From positions 1 through 37,310 of the IMG/VR virus record IMGVR_UViG_3300022666_000045: DNA of 37,310 nt. The stretch is one strand, 5' to 3'. The DNA is from a virus (Duplodnaviria; Caudoviricetes). Position 1 is the stretch's first letter. Every line of letters begins with the position of its first letter. Below are positions 27,175 to 34,659 of the stretch, one piece after another. The notes beneath the pieces were generated by a model. The model worked only from the letters and a program-made list of their open reading frames with translations. It did no database searches and was not told the DNA's origin. A program made the position numbers and the translations under genes.

Positions 27175-27561
27175 ATGATATTACCGCCGCCATTGATAGA
27201 CAACCCGCTGCCGCTGGCAGACTATCCGGTTGCTGGCGCTATGCTGGTAGTCATTATCACGCTGGCGGCTGGCGCGTACAAAATCGCCAACATGCTGCAC
27301 GCCTGGCAGATCGAAAATCAGGCGTGGCAGGAAAAAATGGCGGCGCTGCGCGAGGAAGCGCAGGATAGGCGCGATGAGAAATTCACGGCGGCGATCAATG
27401 CGCAGAACACAGCGATCATGAACAGCCTGGAGCGTCTCGGTGTGCGCGTGGATGCGCTTGCCGACAAACTACAGGATCATGATACGCAGGCGAAATTGAT
27501 TGCCGCCGAGGTTACGAGGCTCGCGGTGAACGGCCGCGGCGGAAAGGGAGGTGCGATTTGA
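27175..27561 (+). CDS. Membrane-anchored coiled-coil protein (holin/lysis-associated candidate)
   Basis: GAGGT RBS; one TM segment followed by a coiled coil. Confidence 0.55.
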   Translation: MILPPPLIDNPLPLADYPVAGAMLVVIITLAAGAYKIANMLHAWQIENQAWQEKMAALREEAQDRRDEKFTAAINAQNTAIMNSLERLGVRVDALADKLQDHDTQAKLIAAEVTRLAVNGRGGKGGAI

Positions 27562-27845
27562 TCGGACGGGTATTAGTTTTGTTGGCTGGCGGGTACATGC
27601 TCAGTCATACGCTGACGACGCCAACGCGGCGCTGGTTTCCGGGCGAGAAGCTCAACCGGCTGGCATCCTACGCTCAAGGCGGCCTGGTGCTGATGGCTGG
27701 TCTCGGTGCGCTGCTATGGCCGCACCTGGATGATGACCAGCGCCGGGTATATCCTATGGCGGCGTTATCCACGCTGCTCAGTGTCGGTCTCGGTGTGCTG
27801 TTCGACGTCATGCGCCGGGACCCTCAAGATTTTGAACGGAGTTGA
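27558..27845 (+). CDS. Multi-TM membrane protein (holin candidate)
   Basis: Two to three hydrophobic segments and a charged C-terminus; GGGAGG RBS. Confidence 0.55.
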   Translation: MIGRVLVLLAGGYMLSHTLTTPTRRWFPGEKLNRLASYAQGGLVLMAGLGALLWPHLDDDQRRVYPMAALSTLLSVGLGVLFDVMRRDPQDFERS

Positions 27846-27848
27846 GAA

Positions 27849-28238
27849 ATGGGAGAATTGTTTCAGTCTCGTAAGTTTTGGGCGCTGATCATTGCGCTCA
27901 TGGTCGTGATCGTCGCTCAGTTTGCGCCGGGTGTCTCTGGAAACCTGGATGCGCACGCCGATGAATTGGCTGGCGGTCTGGTGGTGCTGTCGGCCTATAT
28001 CGTGGCTGTGGCGCTCGACCCTGGGAGCGGATGGCGCGGTCTGTTGCAGTCGCGCAAATTCTACGCTGCCCTGATCGGCGTCGTGCTGACTGTGCTGTCT
28101 GTGTTTGACATCGCTCTACCGGCTGGCATCACCGGCAATCAGGTGGAGTACATCCTGTACACTCTCAGCGCCTATATTGTTGCCGTTGCGTTTGAGCGGC
28201 AAAAACTGCCGGATAACACGCAAAACGGTCAGGAATAA
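27849..28238 (+). CDS. Holin-like protein with internal duplication
   Basis: LFQSRKFWALI/LLQSRKFYAALI and LSAYIVAVA each occur twice; four TM segments. Confidence 0.7.
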   Translation: MGELFQSRKFWALIIALMVVIVAQFAPGVSGNLDAHADELAGGLVVLSAYIVAVALDPGSGWRGLLQSRKFYAALIGVVLTVLSVFDIALPAGITGNQVEYILYTLSAYIVAVAFERQKLPDNTQNGQE

Positions 28239-28242
28239 CGCA

Positions 28243-28273
28243 ACTCGCCGGCTGTGTAGCCGGCGAGTGCTTT
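28243..28273 (+). terminator. Terminator-like hairpin ending the late operon
   Basis: ACTCGCCGGCT-GTGT-AGCCGGCGAGT followed by GCTTT. Confidence 0.7.
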
Positions 28274-28427
28274 CAGGGGGTGAGGAGAAACGATGGATGA
28301 TATCTGACTGGCTCAGGCGCCTTGCTCAACGAGCGCTATACCAAATTGGATAACTACATCCCGTTACCGCTTGGAGACCTTGTATCCTTTCCAGACCGCA
28401 AACAGTTTACACCTGAGCCATGCGGTG

Positions 28428-28498
28428 AGCCGCCAGCAGGGTTCGAACCTGCATCATCCGGGTACAGACCGGACGCTCTGCCATTGAGCTATGGCGGC
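28428..28498 (-). tRNA. tRNA-Thr(TGT)-like with atypical anticodon loop; CCA not encoded
   Basis: GCCGCCA/TGGCGGC acceptor, GCTC/GAGC D-arm, TCCGG-TCTGTAC-CCGGA anticodon arm and GCAGG-TTCGAAC-CCTGC T-arm. Confidence 0.85.
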
Positions 28499-28503
28499 TG
28501 ATA

Positions 28504-29190
28504 CTACCAGTTTATATTTGCGAAATCTTCCCAGGCGGCAATGATGTTATGACAACTCCGGCGGAAGGCTTCATAATTTGCGTCATTTCCCCAACCGATA
28601 TCGCCGACTTCGTACATGTTTACCCAATGACCGTGTTGGCCTTTCTTAGATCTCCAAAATCGGCAACGATGAGCCATTTTTCCAGCCATATTTCCATCCG
28701 CGGATATAACCCCTGGAAGATGAGCGCAGATTTTCATCTGCGCGTGTGGCGATCCGCCCAACAGGTGAACCGGCCAATCGAGAAAATCCCACAACGGCAA
28801 TTCAGAACCTCCGAATTTTGTCGGAACGCTATACGCTAAAACGACCTGTTTTCCCCCAATCGTTTTAGGGAGTTTTCTCACGCCGCCCTGTACCTTCGGG
28901 ACAATCAAGACCCGCTGAACGTATTGCGCCGCCTCCTCTGCCCATGACAAAACCTCGTCCAATTGATATTCGTACTCCCAATCAAGGACGGTTGCCATTT
29001 CAGGACGGAGATCCGCCAGGGATGCCATATACCGTTCGCGGTTTGGGTTTCTCCAATCCTGGTCGGCGAAGTGGATGGGATGGTAAACTGTGCCAGGCAA
29101 TTGAGCGCCGAGCTTATATCCTGATTCATAGGCAATATCAGAAAGGCGCCTATTTCCACCGTAACAAAATATCAGAGTTGGAGCCGCCAT
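28504..29190 (-). CDS. DUF6610-like TIM-barrel protein related to tRNA-guanine/DpdA transglycosylases
   Basis: FADQDW, TVLDW, LIVPK, VHLLGGSP and ISADGN; GGAGG RBS before ATG 29190. Confidence 0.65.
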   Translation of the reverse strand: MAAPTLIFCYGGNRRLSDIAYESGYKLGAQLPGTVYHPIHFADQDWRNPNRERYMASLADLRPEMATVLDWEYEYQLDEVLSWAEEAAQYVQRVLIVPKVQGGVRKLPKTIGGKQVVLAYSVPTKFGGSELPLWDFLDWPVHLLGGSPHAQMKICAHLPGVISADGNMAGKMAHRCRFWRSKKGQHGHWVNMYEVGDIGWGNDANYEAFRRSCHNIIAAWEDFANINW

Positions 29191-29480
29191 AATATTAACC
29201 TCCGCCCGGACGGGGAGACTTCTATTCCTTCGCATTCGAACCCATGCCGCCTATACCATTCGTTTGCTGGTAAATCCGTTGGGCATTTTGCGAATAAACT
29301 CACTGCCCCCGCTGTTGTTCGCAGAATATCGAGCATCTTCCGCGCGGAACCGGGCTTTGTGCTGATAATTTCCCTGATGGTCAGCTGACCATCGCGACGC
29401 AGGTGCCAACGGCAAAATCCGCCATCGATTAAAAGCAATTCTCCGCGCTTAAAGCTTTCGTGCAACGCTTCAAAGATCAT
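29172..29480 (-). CDS. GNAT-family acetyltransferase (minimal)
   Basis: LTIREI..PGSARKML and AKCPTDLPANEWYRRHGF (GNAT motif B). Confidence 0.8.
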   Translation of the reverse strand: MIFEALHESFKRGELLLIDGGFCRWHLRRDGQLTIREIISTKPGSARKMLDILRTTAGAVSLFAKCPTDLPANEWYRRHGFECEGIEVSPSGRRLILWRLQL

Positions 29481-29630
29481 ATTACCTCACGGTATACATT
29501 TTTGCCGCCCCGAGTTGGCGGGGTTGGGCTGATTGCAAGCCCGCGACCGGCCGCGTTCGCCGACCTTTATCGTCGACTACTTGCGCCTGATAATTGCCCG
29601 GTGTCACGTCCACGCCGCGGCGGATTATCA

Positions 29631-30554
29631 TTAGATCAGCTTACCCTGCTCATCATCGCCAGCTTCGATGATGGCATCGACAATCTGACAGGTCAGGCCG
29701 CGTCTGCGGGCCTCGATCAGATATTCCACAGCCGACATCAACTCATCGCGTTTGGCGCGGGCATTGTCGTTTCCTGGCTTCATCGCGCCGAGTGCGCCGA
29801 ACAAATCCGCCAGCTCGCTGTCTGCGAATTTTCCGAGTGGCTTACCATACCGCACGCTGTGGATTGACTCCACCTCATCCGTGCGTTCGATGGTGAAAAC
29901 CATCTCAGCAGCGGCAGGCTGCGCAGGCTGTTCAACGGTGACTGGTGCTGGTGCGGGTTGTTCCTGTTTCACGACGGCATCAACCGGGTGATCGTCATGC
30001 GCCAGTTCGTCCGATGTGTATAACCCGCTCGTTTCCTGAGGAAACGCTTTGCGCAGCGCCAACGCCTCTGCACATTTTGCCAGCATCACATCTGGCATCT
30101 GGCTCCACAGGCCAGCAGGATTGCCGTCCCTGCCATTTTGGACATATGCGCCAAACCGCGCCACGCCCCAAAACGGTTCGCGGCAATTCGTTTTCAGAAC
30201 GCCGACCTTCGCAGCGGCTGGAGGCTGACTACTCAGCCACACATCGCGCCACACTCCATCCTGACCGCACCATAACGGGCCAAGCTGGCCCTCGTATTTG
30301 CCTGAGCGGTCTGCGATCAAACGCAGGCCATCAATGCTCACCTGCACGCTCATGACCTCGCGCCCGGCGCGTTTGTCCCATCGTTTGATGGCATAAATCT
30401 GGCGGGCGAATGGGTTCAGGCCGGTGCTGTTGGCGATGTTGACGAACAATGCAAGCTCGTCATCGGTTGCACCATTCGCAATGGTGCGTTTGATGAGCTC
30501 GATCTGTTCCTGGGCTAATCCGCGTTGTTGAGTAACAGATAATTGATTATCCAT
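29631..30554 (-). CDS. bet: Bet/RecT single-strand annealing recombinase
   Basis: GATDDEL..GLNPFARQIY, VSIDGLRLIADRSG and MLAKCAEALALRKAFP. Confidence 0.93.
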   Translation of the reverse strand: MDNQLSVTQQRGLAQEQIELIKRTIANGATDDELALFVNIANSTGLNPFARQIYAIKRWDKRAGREVMSVQVSIDGLRLIADRSGKYEGQLGPLWCGQDGVWRDVWLSSQPPAAAKVGVLKTNCREPFWGVARFGAYVQNGRDGNPAGLWSQMPDVMLAKCAEALALRKAFPQETSGLYTSDELAHDDHPVDAVVKQEQPAPAPVTVEQPAQPAAAEMVFTIERTDEVESIHSVRYGKPLGKFADSELADLFGALGAMKPGNDNARAKRDELMSAVEYLIEARRRGLTCQIVDAIIEAGDDEQGKLI

Positions 30555-30561
30555 GCAATCC

Positions 30562-30864
30562 TCACATTCCTGGCCGCAGACTGTCGATAGTCGCGGCGCA
30601 ATCAGCGGCTTCCTCATCGAGCGCCGCATTTGGGTTATTGAGAGCATCGGCGCGTGCTTTGGTGAGCGCAGACCAGGCATCAAACTCCGCACGCTCTGCG
30701 GCATGCATCCTGGTCAAATTACCGCTCGACGGGCAACCATCGTAGGCGTCAATCGCCTCAGTCAACTCGTCCAGTTTTTTGTGCCATTCGTCCTCAAGCC
30801 GAACGATCAGCGGATCAATAGGCCTGTGTGTCGGGCGTTGGTCGAACCATGTTGCGTTCTCCAT
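30562..30864 (-). CDS. hypothetical protein
   Basis: AAGGAG RBS before ATG 30864. Confidence 0.7.
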   Translation of the reverse strand: MENATWFDQRPTHRPIDPLIVRLEDEWHKKLDELTEAIDAYDGCPSSGNLTRMHAAERAEFDAWSALTKARADALNNPNAALDEEAADCAATIDSLRPGM

Positions 30865-30876
30865 GCGAGCTCCTTT

Positions 30877-30932
30877 CCTGTGCATCCATGATAGCACTGG
30901 ATGCACAGGCGTGCTAGTGACATTTGTAACTA
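30877..30932 (-). promoter_or_regulatory. Promoter with CRP-like box (30915-30932) and a 12-bp inverted repeat around the -10
   Basis: TAGTGACATTTGTAACTA; CCTGTGCATCCA/TGGATGCACAGG flanks the minus-strand TATCAT. Confidence 0.7.
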
Positions 30933-31982
30933 TTTTGCAAACTCTGCGTACATCTGGCGCCCGAAATCATGGTACACAGCGCTCATCACCTGGGCGCGGT
31001 GCTCAAAGAGCTCCTGCATCATCACGCGCCCACTCGACCACGACAGGTTCGTCCACGCTTCCAGGTGCGCATCCAGCGCCCGGCGTGCGGCCAACAGCGC
31101 GCCCTTGCGCAGATCATATTTATCATCGCTGTGGCAGGTGGCGTATCCGAGCGCCGGAAAAATTGCATGGTCGCCGATGCGCCCGGAGACGATGCAGGCC
31201 GTGATCTGGCCCCACGCGAACACATCGAACCGCACATCCTTGACGGCGATTACCAGGCGGTCGCTCTGTGTAGCTGTGGCAATCGGATTGACGGCATCGT
31301 CCCGCAAACACTCCAGATCGGCGAGGATGACAGCCTGAGCGCTGGCTACATCGTTTACCGCCATGAAATCCTTGATCTGCTGTTTTTGCACGTCTGACAG
31401 TGTGACACAGTTTTTCGTCAGCGCGCCAATGCCGGCAATCGGATTTTTTGCGTCGTCCCGCAAACACTCCAGATCGGCGCGGGAGTCATTGATTTCTGCG
31501 CGCAGGTCGTCGATGTGATCCATCACCCGTTTTGCGGCGCCCGCAGGGCCACCGACGCACGCAAATGGAACGGCTTCTGCGTATCCACTCGCATGGCGCA
31601 GACACGACAATAGAGAGTCTCTCCATGCGTCATGACTGCCCCGCATGATTTCGCTTTCCGTGCTCCATTTCTCGCACTGTTCGCGCAGCCGTTCATTCTC
31701 CGCGCGTAACTCAACATATTTTTCTCTCATCAATGTGATCAATTCCGCGATCTTGGTTTTGACGGTTTCTGGATTGGTGCGGTCGATGCTGTATTTGGCG
31801 CCGTTGATCCCGACATCCAGGCATCGAAGCGCTGCGTCTTGCCAGGCGCTCGCGCGCTGTTTTTCATATACGGCTGAGCATTCGGCGGTATTGAGCTTGC
31901 AACTGAGACTCTCAATCTGCGCGCTCAACACCGCGATTGTTGCGGATGTCTCCGCACTGTTTTCACGTTCATTCTCGCTCAT
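30930..31982 (-). CDS. Chimeric coiled-coil protein carrying a tape-measure fragment
   Basis: 350 aa; contains NPIAGIGALTKNCVTLSDVQKQQIKDFMAVNDVASAQAVILADLE, nearly identical to TMP. Confidence 0.85.
   Translation of the reverse strand: MSENERENSAETSATIAVLSAQIESLSCKLNTAECSAVYEKQRASAWQDAALRCLDVGINGAKYSIDRTNPETVKTKIAELITLMREKYVELRAENERLREQCEKWSTESEIMRGSHDAWRDSLLSCLRHASGYAEAVPFACVGGPAGAAKRVMDHIDDLRAEINDSRADLECLRDDAKNPIAGIGALTKNCVTLSDVQKQQIKDFMAVNDVASAQAVILADLECLRDDAVNPIATATQSDRLVIAVKDVRFDVFAWGQITACIVSGRIGDHAIFPALGYATCHSDDKYDLRKGALLAARRALDAHLEAWTNLSWSSGRVMMQELFEHRAQVMSAVYHDFGRQMYAEFAK
31312..31444 (-). repeat. Copy of TMP 20538-20670, flanked by 46-bp direct repeats (31278-31323 and 31434-31479)
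   Basis: Manual alignment; the flanking repeats are 41/46 identical and 156 bp apart. Confidence 0.95.
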
Positions 31983-32227
31983 TTCTGTTTCTCCTCGCTC
32001 GTAATATCCACAACAGCAGCGCCGCCGTGGTTGTGACCATCATACCGCGCCGTGAGGCCGTGTAGCTCACTGTTTGTATTCTCGATCTCGCTGGACATCT
32101 GCGCCAACTCGATCTCGATCTGAGCCATGCGGCGCTCAATATAGCCTGCGCGTGCCGATAGCTGGTATAACTGTTCCGCCACCAGCATGCGGATTTTATC
32201 GCCAAAAATAATTTCAAAAACATTCAT
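31979..32227 (-). CDS. Small coiled-coil protein
   Basis: GGAGG RBS before ATG 32227; coupled to the next gene. Confidence 0.7.
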   Translation of the reverse strand: MNVFEIIFGDKIRMLVAEQLYQLSARAGYIERRMAQIEIELAQMSSEIENTNSELHGLTARYDGHNHGGAAVVDITSEEKQK

Positions 32228-32244
32228 GTGCGCCTCCATGTACA

Positions 32245-32316
32245 ATGATACAGTTTCCGCAGCCGTAAATCTAGTGACATTTGTCACTATTCCAGGCGGC
32301 CAGGAGTGTGTATTAT
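32245..32316. promoter_or_regulatory. Divergent promoters sharing the palindrome TAGTGACATTTGTCACTA (32272-32289)
   Basis: -10 TATCAT (minus) and TATTAT (plus) lie symmetrically around the box. Confidence 0.8.
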
Positions 32317-32345
32317 TGAGATACGTCTAGTTTTTGGAGGTTAGC

Positions 32346-32477
32346 ATGGATAGCGTGCAGTTAGCGTATGTGTATTGTTGCTTTGGCGCGATTGTGTTTT
32401 TCGCAATCGGAGCGGTATTGTCCTGGTGCGTCATCCGCGCTGGTGCACTCTCAGACCGCAACGACCGCATCGAATAA
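32346..32477 (+). CDS. Small single-TM protein (43 aa; not in the ORF track)
   Basis: GGAGG RBS; MDSVQLAYVYCCFGAIVFFAIGAVLSWCVIRAGALSDRNDRIE. Confidence 0.7.
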   Translation: MDSVQLAYVYCCFGAIVFFAIGAVLSWCVIRAGALSDRNDRIE

Positions 32478-32529
32478 CCAGGAGCCGCCAGGGTGCAATC
32501 TCTGCACCCTGGCGGCGAACGGATATCAA

Positions 32530-33597
32530 ATGACAACGACATTTTCCGAAACTATCTTGCGCGCCAAACAGGTCAGCCTGGAGGACACCATTCGCCAGGC
32601 TGCAAACCTGCATCGCGTCGGGCCTCACGAATACGCCGGGCCATGCCCGCGCTGTGGTGGCCGCGACCGTTTCCGCCTCAATACTCAGCGGGGTTGGTTT
32701 TGCCGGCGCTGCACTGGCGAGCCTGGCGGCGGCGGACGCTGGTTGGACGTGATCGATTTTGTACAATTTTTGTACAACGTTGATCTACGCAATGCAGTAC
32801 AACGCCTGATCGGCGACCGCCAGCGCATGACGCCAGCAGAGATCGAGCAGATCAGCCGCGAGCGCGCAGAACGTGAGCGCGCCGAGGCCGAGGAACAGCG
32901 CCGAAAACAGGCCGAGGTGCTGTATGCGCTCAACAGCCAGCACATACCGGAGCGATACCATGCAGCGCTAGGCAGACATGGCCGGGAGTTATGGTATCTG
33001 CGCGGCCTGGACGATAGCTGGATAGATTATTATCGCCTGGGATATTGCGCCGAGCACAAATACACCCTGGGTGATACGCTCTATTCATCGCCGTCACTGA
33101 CTATCCCGTATTGGGAGCCTATCTATACAGATGGCTGCGTATCCTATCGCTGTGTCGGCCTGCAACACAGGCTGTTAGAGCCAGCAGACCCCGGCGACAA
33201 ATACCGCCCGCATCTGCCTGGTGCTGGCAAACACCTGTTCCTGACCGATGTCAGCGCCAAACGGATCACCTCCACCGTCCTGCTCGTGGAGGGCGAAATC
33301 AAGGCGATGGTCACCTGGTCGCGGCTGTGGGATGGCGATACCTGCCTGTCGCCGGCGATGTCAGTTGTCGGCACGGCTGGCGCGGCGATCAAACCCGATC
33401 TACTGGCCGCGTTCGGCCATTGCCAGCGCGTCTATATCCTGCTCGACCCGGACGCCGGCAAACGAGCGCAGGCTATCGCTGAGATGATCGGCCAGCAGCG
33501 CAGCAGGATTGTCTACCTGCCCGAGAAAATAGACGACATGCTGAATGATGGCCTGATCACTGGCCGGGAACTGTTGCGGGTGATCCATGCCAGTTGA
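32530..33597 (+). CDS. DNA primase (Zn finger + TOPRIM)
   Basis: GPCPRCGGRDRF..WFCRRC, VLLVEGE and LLDPD. Confidence 0.88.
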   Translation: MTTTFSETILRAKQVSLEDTIRQAANLHRVGPHEYAGPCPRCGGRDRFRLNTQRGWFCRRCTGEPGGGGRWLDVIDFVQFLYNVDLRNAVQRLIGDRQRMTPAEIEQISRERAERERAEAEEQRRKQAEVLYALNSQHIPERYHAALGRHGRELWYLRGLDDSWIDYYRLGYCAEHKYTLGDTLYSSPSLTIPYWEPIYTDGCVSYRCVGLQHRLLEPADPGDKYRPHLPGAGKHLFLTDVSAKRITSTVLLVEGEIKAMVTWSRLWDGDTCLSPAMSVVGTAGAAIKPDLLAAFGHCQRVYILLDPDAGKRAQAIAEMIGQQRSRIVYLPEKIDDMLNDGLITGRELLRVIHAS

Positions 33598-33622
33598 CAC
33601 ACAGCCAGCGCCGTGCTACAAT
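33594..33622 (+). promoter_or_regulatory. sigma70-type promoter
   Basis: TTGACA-17nt-TACAAT with extended -10 TG. Confidence 0.85.
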
Positions 33623-33766
33623 GAATATGCGCTCCAACAAATCGGCGCTGGCTGTGGCGGCCATAATGGCGATACCACTAGACCGTTTTGTGTCTGGCTT
33701 GTCGGCTACCCAATCGCAGGGAACGCCACAGCCGCAAGTCAGACACAAAGCGGTCTTTCGTTTTTC
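33600..33766 (+). ncRNA. Structured leader/attenuator (C4/CI-antisense-like topology)
   Basis: Three complementary pairs (14, 10 and 22 bp, the last with two G-U) followed by a U-rich tract. Confidence 0.6.
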
Positions 33767-33777
33767 TTGGAGGTTTG

Positions 33778-34632
33778 ATGGCTAATAAAATGCCGTGGTT
33801 CAAACACATGTACACTGACATTACAGACCGGCGGATTGCGTCATTGCCTGATGATCTGTGGCGCAGATATTACGAGTTCATCTCGATTTCGAGCCACGAG
33901 GGCCTAGACGGATATTTGCCGGACATCGCGGATATTGCATGGGTATTGCGTGCGGATGAGGATCAGATCACCAGCGCAATCGAGCAGCTAATCAGCCGGA
34001 AATTACTCGTGGTTGACGAGATCGGCACATACATTGCGGCATTTGCCGGCCAGCAGGCGCCGACAACGCCGGCGCAACGTATGCGCCTGCACCGCGACCG
34101 GCGTAACAATCAGAGTGACGCTGACAATAACGAATGTTACGACGGTGTTACGACGATGTTACAAAACGTAACACAGAAGAAGAAGAAGATTAAAGAAGTA
34201 GAAGAAGAAGTAGATATAGATGCAAAATGTAACGCTTGTTACGACATCGACACGCCTACAATTGACGAGCCATCTACTTCTTCTACCGCTTCTCAACCTA
34301 TTCAACGACGAAGACCATTTGCAACCGTAGACAGTGTACCAGCAGGCCACGATGGTTATTACGTGCGGGTCTGGTCTGCGGTGACAGGCCAGCCGGCAAT
34401 ACCCGGGAATGCTGGAGACGTGATGGAAAAACTAGACGCCCTGCTCGACAGTGTTGGCGGAAACGAGCAGGCATTGATCGATCGGCTAAAACCGTGTTGG
34501 GACGCATGGACGCGCGGGAAACGCAAAGATGGCCGGTCGTTCAGCCGGACAAATACCGGGTGGGTCGACTGGGCAATCGATGGTCGTGTGCCAGATATGC
34601 CGCGCCGCGCGCCAGGTATCAATTTTCTGTGA
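33778..34632 (+). CDS. Replication initiator (replisome-organiser-like N-terminus)
   Basis: MPWFKH..DRRIASL..DIAWVLR; internal iterons; upstream of DnaB; GGAGG RBS. Confidence 0.8.
   Translation: MANKMPWFKHMYTDITDRRIASLPDDLWRRYYEFISISSHEGLDGYLPDIADIAWVLRADEDQITSAIEQLISRKLLVVDEIGTYIAAFAGQQAPTTPAQRMRLHRDRRNNQSDADNNECYDGVTTMLQNVTQKKKKIKEVEEEVDIDAKCNACYDIDTPTIDEPSTSSTASQPIQRRRPFATVDSVPAGHDGYYVRVWSAVTGQPAIPGNAGDVMEKLDALLDSVGGNEQALIDRLKPCWDAWTRGKRKDGRSFSRTNTGWVDWAIDGRVPDMPRRAPGINFL
34103..34284. repeat. Iteron cluster / probable replication origin
   Basis: TGTTAC at 34135, 34146 and 34157 (11-bp period), inverted GTAAC copies, a purine tract, and a 13-bp inverted repeat 34203-34215/34272-34284. 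Confidence 0.75.
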
Positions 34633-34659
34633 TGGTAACGTGAGGGTGAGGATAGGATT

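Noticed and set aside
28293-28353. Micro-ORF after GAGGAG (MDDI or 18-aa MISDWLRR..)
   Set aside because: Too short, and downstream of the terminator; there is no independent support.
28350-28427. Theta/HDV-like ribozyme after the tRNA
   Set aside because: I could not build the nested P1-P3 pseudoknot or find the L3 and J4/2 motifs.
20538-31444. Diversity-generating retroelement TR/VR pair
   Set aside because: Mismatches are mostly synonymous and not adenine-specific, and no reverse transcriptase is present.
20538-31444. Invertible segment bounded by the inverted 133-bp repeats
   Set aside because: No site-specific invertase was found, and inversion would break TMP and the late operon.
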